The notes: generated by a model not told the origin, from the sequence alone. Positions 26,132-34,803 are shown, numbered from the stretch's first letter. The stretch is DNA of 64,000 bases from an uncultured delta proteobacterium (GCA_963775425.1 CAVZJB010000009.1:80616-144615); one strand, 5' to 3'. Numbers and translations: made by a program.

Positions 26132-27009
26132 CCTCGTTTCCTGGCGTGCGCCACGTACATCGCGCCGTAGAGGTCCCGGCGGTCCTTGACGTAGCGATCG
26201 CGCAGATCGCTCGCGGTGGCGATCTCCACGACGTCGAACCCGAGCGACGAGAAGAACGGCACCGCGTCTTCGGGGTGGATACCGAACAGCACGGGCTCCC
26301 CGAGGAGCGCGAGCAGGTTGGCGCTCAGGCGGTGCGCCGACGCGCGAAGGTCGGGCGCGTCGAGGAGGAACCAGAAGTCGCAGCACAGCTCGCTGCCGCG
26401 GCCGCCGAGCCTCTCGATGAGAGAGAGCGTCTGCTTCACCGCCGCGCGCGTGAGGTACATCGACACGCCCTCCCACACGAAGAACGTGCGCGCGCCCTCG
26501 ACGAACCCCGCTCGCACGAGGGGGCCGTCGAAGGTCTCGGCCAGGAAATCGACCTCGACGCGGCGGACCACGCTACCCGGGAGATCCTTCGCGTGCTTGC
26601 GCACGAGGTCGTCCTTGCGCCGCCCCGTCGACGGGAAGTCCACCTCGAACACCGGCCGGCCCTTCAAGGCACCGGCGAAGCGGTAGGCGCGCGTGTCGTA
26701 GCCCGCCCCGAGGAGCACCACCTGGGCGACGGGCTCGCCGCCGTCGGTGGAGAGCGCGCGCGAGAGGGCGTCGTCGATGAAGCGGTGGCGGGCGATGACG
26801 AAGTTGCCGACGCCGGGGAGCAAGCGCGTGGGGATCTCGACCAGCGGCCCGGCGGCCTCGGCGGCGCGCAGCGCCGTCCTCAGGCTCCTGCCGAGGAAGA
26901 GGCGCGCGTACGGGTCGTCGACGATGCGCGCGGCGGGATCGCGGAGCCGCTCGAACGCGCGAAAGAAGCAAACGGCCTCGGCGGTCTTCGACGGCGCGCT
27001 CTCCTGCAT
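26128..27009 (-). CDS. Class I SAM-dependent methyltransferase of the leucine carboxyl methyltransferase / putative O-MTase family
   Basis: The motifs are VVLLGAGYDTRAYRF, VFEVDFPS and WEGVSMYL, which are LCM / TIGR00027-like. Confidence 0.65.
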   Translation of the reverse strand: MQESAPSKTAEAVCFFRAFERLRDPAARIVDDPYARLFLGRSLRTALRAAEAAGPLVEIPTRLLPGVGNFVIARHRFIDDALSRALSTDGGEPVAQVVLLGAGYDTRAYRFAGALKGRPVFEVDFPSTGRRKDDLVRKHAKDLPGSVVRRVEVDFLAETFDGPLVRAGFVEGARTFFVWEGVSMYLTRAAVKQTLSLIERLGGRGSELCCDFWFLLDAPDLRASAHRLSANLLALLGEPVLFGIHPEDAVPFFSSLGFDVVEIATASDLRDRYVKDRRDLYGAMYVAHARKRG

Positions 27010-27088
27010 GCGACGACTCTACGACGGCCGCTCCGGCCGTGGGTCGGCGCGCCCCTGGGAGCGGCGTCGGGGGCGATGCGCGCTGGCG

Positions 27089-27139
27089 CGTCGTCGTCGC
27101 CGTCGTCGTCGTCGTCGCCGTCGCCGTCGTCGTCGTCGG
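27089..27139. repeat. Trinucleotide microsatellite (GTC)n with GCC interruptions, about 17 units, intergenic
   Basis: The sequence is cgtcgtcgtcgccgtcgtcgtcgtcgtcgccgtcgccgtcgtcgtcgtcggg. No coding frame with GC3 support covers it. Confidence 0.7.
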
Positions 27140-27179
27140 GCTCACGAGGGCCGGAGCCCGCGCAATCCCGTGCGGAGGG

Positions 27180-27494
27180 TCAGCGCTTCTTTTTGCCCGC
27201 GGCCTTCTTCGCCGGGTGCTTCTTGGCGGCTCTCGTCGACGACGGCTTCTTCGCCGGGGTCGCCTTCGCCGGCTTCTTCTTCGACGGCGCGCTGTGCGCG
27301 GGCTTGGCGGCTTTGGCCGGCGCCTTGGCCGGCTCGGCCTTGGGCGGCTCGACGACCGGCGCCGCGGGGCGCGGCGCGTCGCCCTTCAGGATGGGCTTGG
27401 CGCCGCCGACGAAGCAATCGCTGCGCTCATGGTGCTTGGGCTCCTCGACGGGGCGCACCAGGCGCTCGTCGTCGAGGAACTTGGAGCGCAGCAC
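27180..27494 (-). CDS. Small basic Lys/Ala/Pro-rich protein, histone H1-like
   Basis: It has a GTG start, a GGGAG RBS and very high GC3. The C-terminus has AKAPAKAAKP…KKPAKATPAKKP…AKKAAGKKKR repeats. Confidence 0.55.
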   Translation of the reverse strand: MLRSKFLDDERLVRPVEEPKHHERSDCFVGGAKPILKGDAPRPAAPVVEPPKAEPAKAPAKAAKPAHSAPSKKKPAKATPAKKPSSTRAAKKHPAKKAAGKKKR

Positions 27495-27512
27495 GTTGGG
27501 CTGGCGCTCCCG

Positions 27513-28766
27513 TCAATCCATGGGGTTGTCGTCGTCGTTTTCGCCGAGGCGAAACACGGGCTCCTTGCCGAGCGGCCACAAAAACGCAGCCGCCGGCCGC
27601 TCCGACAAGGGCGCGGGGAGCGCGCGCTCGATGACGCGCACGTCGCGCGCGCCGGCGACGACGGCGAGCTGCCCCGCGTGCGTCTCCGCGGCGAGGCGCA
27701 CGGCGTTCAAGCGATTGGCGTAGGGCTCGAAGATGTGGAACTCGAGCGCGATGGAGTCGCTGTCGCGGAACTGCCACAGGCCGATGCAGCGCCCCTCCTC
27801 GATGATGATCGAGGTGGTGTTGCCGGCGGGGTCGTAGACCCAGGGAGCGAAGCGCGGCTCGACGACGCGGGTGCGGTCGCGCCAGCCGAGTGGGTACGCG
27901 TCCCACAACGGCAGGAACAGGATGCGCTCGGGTTGCCCGCCGCCCTTGCGCGTCTGGTCGGCGACCTCCCGCAGAGTGACGAGGCCCTCGCCGAGCCCGT
28001 CGACGGGGAACTTCACGACCTCGCGGCCGAGCACCTCGAGCACGCGGCGCACGTCGGCCATGGGCAGGCCCGTCCACCAGGCGGCGTCCTCGAGGCGGGC
28101 GGGGCCGTACGTGCGCAGATAGCGGCGAACGACCTCGACGCGGGCCTGCTCCACCTGCTCCGGGATGAGCGACGCGCCCTCGAGCCACTGCTCGGCGAGC
28201 GCGTAGTTGAACTGGTTGCCCTTCCAGCCCTTGGACGTGGTGCGGACGAGCACGCCGATGTCGCAGAGCTTGCGCAGCAGCAGGCGCTCGATGTCGACGC
28301 CGGGGCGGCGCTCCTTGCCGGGGTACAAAAGCGCGATGACCTCGCTCTCCTGCCGCGGCATGGTGAACGCCTCGGAGCGCAGCTTCTCGGCGAAGCGCTG
28401 AAGCTGGAGCTCGTCGATGCCCTCGGAGCGCAGGCGGGACATGCCCGTCGTCGACAGCGTGTCGTACAGCGCGCGGAAGTAGAGCGGGTAGTCCTCGCTC
28501 GCGAGCAGGAACAGCGACCCGCGAAACGCCGTGGCGCGCACCAACGACCAATCGTTGACGAGCGCCTCCTCGAGGTCCCCGAGGGTGAGCGTCGGGCGCC
28601 GGGCCATCAGCGAGAGGTACGCGATGGGGTTCGGGCCGTAGATGCCGGGTCTTCTGTGGATGGCTTCCACCAGGGTCTCGCCGTCCCCGAACGCGTTCAG
28701 CGTGGTGTGGTGGTAGCGCTGCAGTTGCTTGAGGGGCGTGGCCTCGAAGGTGCCCTTGGCCGGCAT
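27513..28766 (-). CDS. YcaQ/AlkZ-family winged-helix protein, a DNA glycosylase-like enzyme for interstrand-crosslink repair
   Basis: VRRYLRTYGPARLEDAAWWTGL plus the length and overall pattern match YcaQ (DUF1006). Confidence 0.65.
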   Translation of the reverse strand: MPAKGTFEATPLKQLQRYHHTTLNAFGDGETLVEAIHRRPGIYGPNPIAYLSLMARRPTLTLGDLEEALVNDWSLVRATAFRGSLFLLASEDYPLYFRALYDTLSTTGMSRLRSEGIDELQLQRFAEKLRSEAFTMPRQESEVIALLYPGKERRPGVDIERLLLRKLCDIGVLVRTTSKGWKGNQFNYALAEQWLEGASLIPEQVEQARVEVVRRYLRTYGPARLEDAAWWTGLPMADVRRVLEVLGREVVKFPVDGLGEGLVTLREVADQTRKGGGQPERILFLPLWDAYPLGWRDRTRVVEPRFAPWVYDPAGNTTSIIIEEGRCIGLWQFRDSDSIALEFHIFEPYANRLNAVRLAAETHAGQLAVVAGARDVRVIERALPAPLSERPAAAFLWPLGKEPVFRLGENDDDNPMD

Positions 28767-28872
28767 CGGAGCTCCGTGTTCGCTGTCGTCGTCGAGGGCC
28801 TACCCCGGCGCCCCGACACAAACAACCGCGGTTCCGTGCGGCCCGGCTTCCCGTCGGACGGTTCACGGCGGA

Positions 28873-29040
28873 TCAGGGGGCGGCGGTGGGGACGGGCGTG
28901 TCGGGCGTCTTGCGCTCGGCAAACCAGATGGCGATGCCGAGGGCGACCGCGGAGATCACGAGGACCACGACCAGGTGGCGGCCCACCCCGGTGGGCCGTG
29001 GCAGCCGCGTGCCGAACATGGAGCGCTCGGCGGTCACCAT
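28873..29040 (-). CDS. Possible small membrane protein of 55 aa
   Basis: It has high GC3 and a single hydrophobic helix (LVVVLVISAVALGIAIWF). Confidence 0.3.
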   Translation of the reverse strand: MVTAERSMFGTRLPRPTGVGRHLVVVLVISAVALGIAIWFAERKTPDTPVPTAAP

Positions 29041-29225
29041 CTGGTCGGGGTCATGTGGCTCGGGCACGCCCCGAGGCTACCGCATCCGGAGCCACCCGAA
29101 GCAAGCGCGGGGGCGCCGCGCCCGGGAGCCCCGGTTCGTGGCGGACGGGCGGTCAAGCCCCAAAAGGAGCGCGGCGGAAGCTGCCGCCGGAGTCGTCCGC
29201 CGCTCCGGGCGCGCGGAGCGCGCGG

Positions 29226-29290
29226 CTGTTCGTGAGCGTCAGCGAACAAAAAAGGGAGCCGTCGCCGGCGTTGAAACAACGCCGACGACG
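29226..29290 (-). terminator. Candidate intrinsic terminator downstream of sctT
   Basis: The minus strand reads cgtcgtcggcgttg-ttt-caacgccggcgacg, a 13-bp stem, then ggctcccTTTTTTgtt. Confidence 0.35.
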
Positions 29291-29468
29291 ACCGAAAGCG
29301 GCGACCTCTCCCGTCGACGCCCGGACACAGCGTTTCCCCCCTCGGCTCGCCTCGCGGCGGGCCGTCACCTGATGCCCCCCGAGCTCCGCTGTGTCCGACC
29401 CCGACGCTGAACCTAACGAGGACGCGGCCGCGCGCAGGGCTCGCGTGTGGATCGATCACGCGTGCGCC

Positions 29469-30290
29469 TCAGCTGAGGAGCTTGATGATGTCGTCGACGT
29501 GGCCCAGCATGATCACCGAGTTCTTCAGCATGGTCTGGATGAACAGGTCGATGCAGAGGAAGAACACGATGCAGCCGCCGATGACCTTGGCGGGCATGGC
29601 CATGAAGTACGCGTTGATCTGCGGGGCCACGCGGTTGATGAGGCCGAAGGACGTCTCGAGCGTCAGCGTGACGATGCCGATGGGCATGGCGAGGAGCACC
29701 GCGATCTCGAGGATCTCGGCGGTGAGCCGCGCGTTGTACTCGACGAAGGCGGCGTAGCCGGCGTGGAAGTGCGGGAAGTCGTTGATGGGGACCGCGACGA
29801 AGCTCTCGAACAGCGACGCCAGGAACGGGTGGTGCAGATCCAGCGCCAGGAACAGGGCGAGCAGCAACTGGTACTGCAGCGTGCCGAACGCCGACGAGCG
29901 CTCCTCGATCTCGGGCACCTGCAACTGGATCTGGTTGGCGCCGCGCAGGATGTCGATGAGCTGGCCGGCGATCTCCACGGTGTAGAACACCTTGGACGCG
30001 ACGAAGCCGATGACGAGGCCGACGAAGGTCTCCTTCATCATCATGAGCGTGAACCCGATGGGCGTGATGGGCAGCCCGTGCTCCGGGCTGACGTTGGCGA
30101 GCACCGTGGGCCACAGCAGGATGGTGAGCGTGACGCCGACGCCCATCTTCACCTCGACGGGCGCGTTCTTGCCGCCGAGGAACGGCACGAGGACGACCAT
30201 GGCCATGATCCGCGCCATGATCAGCGCGAACACGACGATGGTCTTCGTCATGTCGAGCTGCTGCGCGAGTGCAGCCATGAAGTTCTGCAC
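29469..30290 (-). CDS. sctT: Type III secretion export apparatus protein SctT (FliR/YscT family)
   Basis: At 273 aa it is a polytopic membrane protein with the FliR/SctT pattern (…FLASLFESFVAVPINDF…MPIGIVTLTLETSFGLINRVAPQINAYFMAMP…). Confidence 0.8.
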   Translation of the reverse strand: MQNFMAALAQQLDMTKTIVVFALIMARIMAMVVLVPFLGGKNAPVEVKMGVGVTLTILLWPTVLANVSPEHGLPITPIGFTLMMMKETFVGLVIGFVASKVFYTVEIAGQLIDILRGANQIQLQVPEIEERSSAFGTLQYQLLLALFLALDLHHPFLASLFESFVAVPINDFPHFHAGYAAFVEYNARLTAEILEIAVLLAMPIGIVTLTLETSFGLINRVAPQINAYFMAMPAKVIGGCIVFFLCIDLFIQTMLKNSVIMLGHVDDIIKLLS

Positions 30291-30298
30291 GGCCGCTC

Positions 30299-30571
30299 CT
30301 AGTGGATCACGTCGGGGATGCTCCCGAGGCAGAGCGTCGCGAAGCGAAGCATCGTGGCCCCGAGCCAGCCGCCGGTGGCGGCGAGCACCGCGAAGACGGC
30401 GATCATCTTCGGGACGAAGGAGAGCGTCTGCTCCTGGATCTGCGTCGTCGCGGAGAACACCGCGACCAGCACGCCGATGAGCAGGCTCAACAAGATGGGG
30501 GGCATCGACACCACGATGGTGATGAGGATGGCCTCGTTCGTGATTTGAACGATGAAGTCCTGGACGGTCAT
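30299..30571 (-). CDS. sctS: Type III secretion export apparatus protein SctS (FliQ/YscS family)
   Basis: The 90-aa product MTVQDFIVQITNEAILITIVVSMPPILLSLLIGVLVAVFSATTQIQEQTLSFVPKMIAV is the typical FliQ hairpin. Confidence 0.8.
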   Translation of the reverse strand: MTVQDFIVQITNEAILITIVVSMPPILLSLLIGVLVAVFSATTQIQEQTLSFVPKMIAVFAVLAATGGWLGATMLRFATLCLGSIPDVIH

Positions 30572-31437
30572 TGGTACCCCAAGACGAGGCCGCGGGTGAT
30601 GAGGTACCACCCGTCTACGAGGACGAAGAGCAATATCTTGAACGGCAGCGAGATGGTTGTCGGCGACAGCATCTGCATGCCGAGCGCCATCAATATGTTC
30701 GACACCACCATGTCGATCACCAGGAACGGCACGAAGATGATGAAGCCTATCTGGAAGGCCTTGGTGAGCTCGCTGATGACGAACGCGGGCGTGATGATCA
30801 CGAGGTCGTCGGGCTGAAGCGACGCGCGGTCCTCCTCGGCGCGCAGCCGATAGGCGACGCGATAGAGCATCTGGCGGTTCTTCTCATTGCTGTTTTTGAG
30901 GAGGAACGCCTTGATGGGCTCCTTGGCCTGCTTGAGCGCGTCGACGATGATGTCGACGTTCTCCTTCTGCAGGAGGTCGCCGCCGCGTCTTATCTCGATG
31001 AGGCGGTCGACGCGGTTGTAGATCTGCAGACCCACGGGCTGCATCACGTACGCGGTGAGGATGATGGCCATGCCCGTGATGACGGTGGTGGGCGGCGCCT
31101 GCTGCGTGCCGATGGCCTGGCGGGTGATGGACAGGACCACCGCGATCTTGACGAAGCTCGTCACCATCATCCCGACGAAGGGGATGAGGGCGAGGCCCGC
31201 CATGGCCGTCATGAGGATGAGCGGGCGGTTGGAGATGGAGTCGTTGCCGAGGAGGTCGACGCCGCCGACGGTGGCGCCGTGGGCGATGCCGCGACCCTTG
31301 GCCAGGGCGACGCACGGCGCGAGCGACACGACGAAGAAGACGAACGTGGCCCAGCCCACCCCGCGGGCGAAGCGCAGGGTGCGCGGCTCGTCCTTGTGGT
31401 GTCCGAAGCAGGAGCGGAGGGCTTCGCGGAGCTTCAT
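30568..31437 (-). CDS. sctR: Type III secretion export apparatus protein SctR (FliP/YscR family)
   Basis: It has the conserved FliP core (PLILMTAMAGLALIPFVGMMVTSFVKIAVVLSITRQAIGTQQAPP…FVPFLVIDMVVSNILMALGMQMLSP). Confidence 0.85.
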   Translation of the reverse strand: MKLREALRSCFGHHKDEPRTLRFARGVGWATFVFFVVSLAPCVALAKGRGIAHGATVGGVDLLGNDSISNRPLILMTAMAGLALIPFVGMMVTSFVKIAVVLSITRQAIGTQQAPPTTVITGMAIILTAYVMQPVGLQIYNRVDRLIEIRRGGDLLQKENVDIIVDALKQAKEPIKAFLLKNSNEKNRQMLYRVAYRLRAEEDRASLQPDDLVIITPAFVISELTKAFQIGFIIFVPFLVIDMVVSNILMALGMQMLSPTTISLPFKILLFVLVDGWYLITRGLVLGYQ

Positions 31438-32153
31438 GCGGTGGCCTTCTCGTCGTCGTTCGTCTTCTTGGCGTCGCGGCGCCTGAGGGCGTCCATGAAG
31501 GACGGCGGCGGCGCCGCCGCGGCCTTGGTCTCCACGTCCTTCAGGAGCGTGACGCCGCCCTCGCCGGCGGCGAGCAGCATCTGCTTGCCGTCGACCTCGA
31601 CGAGGAAGAGCGAGCGCTTGGCGTCGAGGCCGACGCGCTCGACCACCTTGACCCGCCTGCCGAGGTTCTGGCGCTCGACGAGCTTGCCGAGCCCCTTGGA
31701 CAGCGTGAGGTACACGAGCCCGAGGACGATGCAGAGCATCAAGATGGTCTTCAAGAGCGGCCCGACGAGGTCGCCGAGCCCCGACTGCGGCGCCGGCAGC
31801 GGCTTGAGCGCGTCCGGATCCGGCGGGGGCGCCGGGGGCACCTGCGGCGCGGCGTGTGCCGCCGGGTTTGCCGCTGCGTCCCCGTCGTCCGCGCGCGCGG
31901 CGGCGACGTCCGCGCCGGTCGCGGGCGCCGCGTCGTCGTCGCCGGCGGGGTCGTCGCCGACGCCCGGCGGCGGCAGAACGAGCTTCACGGCGTCGTCGGC
32001 CGTGGCGTCGTCGTCGGCGGCGTGCGCGGCGGCGGTGCCGCCGAACGGCGCGCTGTCGCCGGCGTTGTCGGCGAGCGCGGGGCCGGCGAGCGCGAGCCCG
32101 ACGACGACGAGCATGGGCGACGGGAGGGAGCCACGCTGGAGCTTGCTGATCAC
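31434..32153 (-). CDS. FliO-like export-gate accessory protein with an N-terminal signal peptide and an Ala/Asp-rich spacer
   Basis: The TM and C-terminal region (LLKTILMLCIVLGLVYLTLSKGLGKLVERQ…RSLFLVEVDGKQMLLAAGEGGVTLL) follow the FliO pattern. Its stop overlaps the sctR start. Confidence 0.5.
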   Translation of the reverse strand: MISKLQRGSLPSPMLVVVGLALAGPALADNAGDSAPFGGTAAAHAADDDATADDAVKLVLPPPGVGDDPAGDDDAAPATGADVAAARADDGDAAANPAAHAAPQVPPAPPPDPDALKPLPAPQSGLGDLVGPLLKTILMLCIVLGLVYLTLSKGLGKLVERQNLGRRVKVVERVGLDAKRSLFLVEVDGKQMLLAAGEGGVTLLKDVETKAAAAPPPSFMDALRRRDAKKTNDDEKATA

Positions 32154-32263
32154 GGCCGCAGCTTAGCGCGCCGCGCTCCAGGCGTGGCGAGCGCCCCCGT
32201 CCGCGCGTGGGGCCGGGCCTACATCCGCGCCGGACCCCGGGCGGACGCCACGCGGGTGCCGGG

Positions 32264-33727
32264 TCATTTGACGAGGGAGAGGATCCGGACGCCCAGCTCG
32301 CCGTCGATCTCGACGAGCTCGCCCTTGCCGACGCGCTTGCCGTCGACGACGAGGTCCACGGGCTCGCCGGGGGCGCGCGACAGCTCGATGACCTGGCCCG
32401 CGCGCAGTTGGACGACGTCGGCGGCGGAGACCATCACGCGGCCGAGCTCGACGACCATCGCCACGGTGATGTCGTCGAGGAGGCCCGCGGCCTCGGGCGA
32501 GGGCTCGTCCTCGGGCTCCTCTTCCCCGTCGGAGTGCTCGGCCCCCGGCTCGTCGTCGACCGCGGTGCCACCCGGGAGCGGCGCGCCCCCGCCGGCGTCG
32601 TCGATGGGGGCGGCGACGCGGTCGGCGGCCTCCCGGCGCAGCCGGGACCCGAAGGCGTCGGCGTCGACGAGACCCGCAGCGGACAGCCGCTTGGCGTTTT
32701 CTTCCATCTCCCCGCCTTCTACCTCGCCGAAGCCCTCGTGGAACAGATGCGCCTTTGCGCGCGGCTCGCCCGCGGGCGAGATGGCCTCGATCTGGACCTC
32801 GTAGCGCCCGCTGTCGCCGACGACGAGCGCGCCGGAGATGACGCCGCGGTGCCCGTCGCCGAGCCGGCACTGCACGCGGCCGCTCAGCGTTTGCGGCTGG
32901 TCCTCGTCCTCGGGCGGCACGATCGTCACTTCGCTCTCCTCGACGAGGATGATGTCGTCGATCTCGAGGGACTCCACGTCCGCCATCTGCAGACCGATGC
33001 GGCCTACCTCGACCACGAGCGGCGCCGTCAACAGCCGCACCACGTCGATGCGCTCGTCGAGCCGGCGGAGCCAGCGCGACAAGGCCGGGCCCTCCGCGGG
33101 GACGTCGGGCGAAAACGCGTCGCGCACGAAGCTCTCCGGCAAGTAGACGCGGCAGAAGCCCACCTTGACGTCGAAGAACAGCCGGAAGCTCAGGCACAGC
33201 AGGGGCGCGTCGACCGGGAAGCGCTCCGCGAGCGACGCCATGGTCCCGTGGACCCCCTCGAGCTTCAACGCCACGTCCTTGTCGGCGGCCCCCTCCTGCA
33301 GGAGCTGCAGCACGCGCAACAGCACGAAGGAGAACACGCCGTCCTCGATCTCCGACAGCGGCCTTTGTCCGTCGGCGTCCTCGGCGTTCCCCCCGAGGAG
33401 CTTGTCGATGGCCTGCTGCGCCACGGTGAGATCCACCTCGAGGAGCGCCTTCTCGGTGCGCGGCGGCAGCCCGATGACGGCGGCGCACGTGGGCTCCGCG
33501 AGGACCTGCGCGAGCTCTCCGTCGCCGAGCGCGCGCACGCCCTCGAACCACAGCTCGACGTCCGCGTGGACGAGCGGCCCGAGCATGTCCTTGAGCCAAT
33601 CCTTGAAGTCGCTCTCGAACGCCGTCTGCGGTAGGTGACACAACAGCGCGTTTTGCACCTGCACCTGCCGGCGGCTGATGCGGGGGAGCGTTCCCTGCAG
33701 CTTGAACTTGCGGAGCTTCCTCGCCAT
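32264..33727 (-). CDS. sctQ: Type III secretion cytoplasmic-ring protein SctQ, with a SpoA (FliN/YscQ) C-terminal domain
   Basis: The C-terminal ITVAMVVELGRVMVSAADVVQLRAGQVIELSRAPGEPVDLVVDGKRVGKGELVEIDGELGVRIL is a SpoA domain. Confidence 0.7.
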   Translation of the reverse strand: MARKLRKFKLQGTLPRISRRQVQVQNALLCHLPQTAFESDFKDWLKDMLGPLVHADVELWFEGVRALGDGELAQVLAEPTCAAVIGLPPRTEKALLEVDLTVAQQAIDKLLGGNAEDADGQRPLSEIEDGVFSFVLLRVLQLLQEGAADKDVALKLEGVHGTMASLAERFPVDAPLLCLSFRLFFDVKVGFCRVYLPESFVRDAFSPDVPAEGPALSRWLRRLDERIDVVRLLTAPLVVEVGRIGLQMADVESLEIDDIILVEESEVTIVPPEDEDQPQTLSGRVQCRLGDGHRGVISGALVVGDSGRYEVQIEAISPAGEPRAKAHLFHEGFGEVEGGEMEENAKRLSAAGLVDADAFGSRLRREAADRVAAPIDDAGGGAPLPGGTAVDDEPGAEHSDGEEEPEDEPSPEAAGLLDDITVAMVVELGRVMVSAADVVQLRAGQVIELSRAPGEPVDLVVDGKRVGKGELVEIDGELGVRILSLVK

Positions 33728-34803
33728 CAGTCCTCGAAGACCTCGCGGATATCTTCCTTGATCTCGTCCACGGCTTCCTTTTTCTTGCCGGGGAAAAGCA
33801 GGCTGAGCCCGATCCCGGCCCCCAACAATCCACCCACGACGACGAGTGACAACGGGGTCGGCACGTGGGTCGGCGCCTCGGGCCACACCCAGGCGAGGAG
33901 CGGCAGGCACATCTTGGCCCCGATGAAGCCGAGCACCAAGCCGAGCGCCGGCTTGAGGAACCGGAGCCCCCACAGCGCGCCCGACAGCAGGAAGAACAGC
34001 GACCGCAGGCCCAGGATGGCGAAGATGTTCGAGGTGTAGACGATGAACGGGTCCAGGGAGATGCCGAACACGGCGGGGATGGAGTCGAGCGCGAAGACCA
34101 CGTCGCTGAGCTCGACCGACACGAGGACGAGCAGGAGCGGCGTGGCCTTCCTGACGCCCTCTTTGAGCGTGAAGAAGCGGTGGCCGTCGTAGCTGTCGGT
34201 GACGCGGACGAAGCGGCGGGCGAGCTTGACGACGCGGTTGTCCTTGACGTCGCCTTCGTCGTCGCCGCCGCGCTCGACGATGAGCTTGATGCCGCTGTAC
34301 AGGAGGAACGCGCCGAAGACGTAGATGAGCGCGTGCACCGTGGACAGAAGCGCGGTGCCGCCGATGATGAACACGCCGCGCAGGACGACGGCGCCGAAGA
34401 TGCCCCAGAACAGCACGCGGTGCTGGTAGGCGTCGGGGACCTTGAAGGCGTGAAACAGGAGCAAGAAGACGAAGAGGTTGTCGACGGACAGCGAGTACTC
34501 GATGACGTAGGCCGAGAAGAACTCGAGGCCGCTCTCACGGTCCGACAGCACGAGGACGGCGACGCCGAACCCGCAGCCGAGCGTCACCCACACGATGGTC
34601 CACGCGAGCGCCACGCGCTTCTTCATCGGCGCGTCGCTGCGGCTCCCGATCCACAGGTCCACCGCCAGCACCACGACGACGATGGCCGTGAACGCGATCC
34701 ACAGCGCCGGGGTGCCGATGGAGTGCACCCGGGGGAAGTACCCGCTGAGGGGACGGGTGCCAAGCAAGACCCGCGGCGCAGCGATGCGCGGGCGCGCGCC
34801 CAC
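33727..34803 (-). CDS. TerC family integral membrane protein. The start is uncertain; a GTG near 34724 is possible.
   Basis: It has the TerC signature YSLSVDNLFVF plus repeated TM topology. Its stop overlaps the sctQ start (TGATG). Confidence 0.75.
   Translation of the reverse strand: MGARPRIAAPRVLLGTRPLSGYFPRVHSIGTPALWIAFTAIVVVVLAVDLWIGSRSDAPMKKRVALAWTIVWVTLGCGFGVAVLVLSDRESGLEFFSAYVIEYSLSVDNLFVFLLLFHAFKVPDAYQHRVLFWGIFGAVVLRGVFIIGGTALLSTVHALIYVFGAFLLYSGIKLIVERGGDDEGDVKDNRVVKLARRFVRVTDSYDGHRFFTLKEGVRKATPLLLVLVSVELSDVVFALDSIPAVFGISLDPFIVYTSNIFAILGLRSLFFLLSGALWGLRFLKPALGLVLGFIGAKMCLPLLAWVWPEAPTHVPTPLSLVVVGGLLGAGIGLSLLFPGKKKEAVDEIKEDIREVFED

Noticed and set aside
27039-29372. 777-aa plus-strand ORF spanning the (GTC)n tract
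   Set aside because: Its poly-Val/Ala N-terminus comes from the microsatellite. The rest is antisense to the YcaQ and histone-like genes.
32163-34538. 791-aa minus-strand ORF and 621-aa plus-strand ORF (33865..35730)
   Set aside because: They are off-frame or antisense to the TerC, sctQ and sctP-like genes. They are Ser/Arg/Ala/Thr-rich low-complexity sequences.
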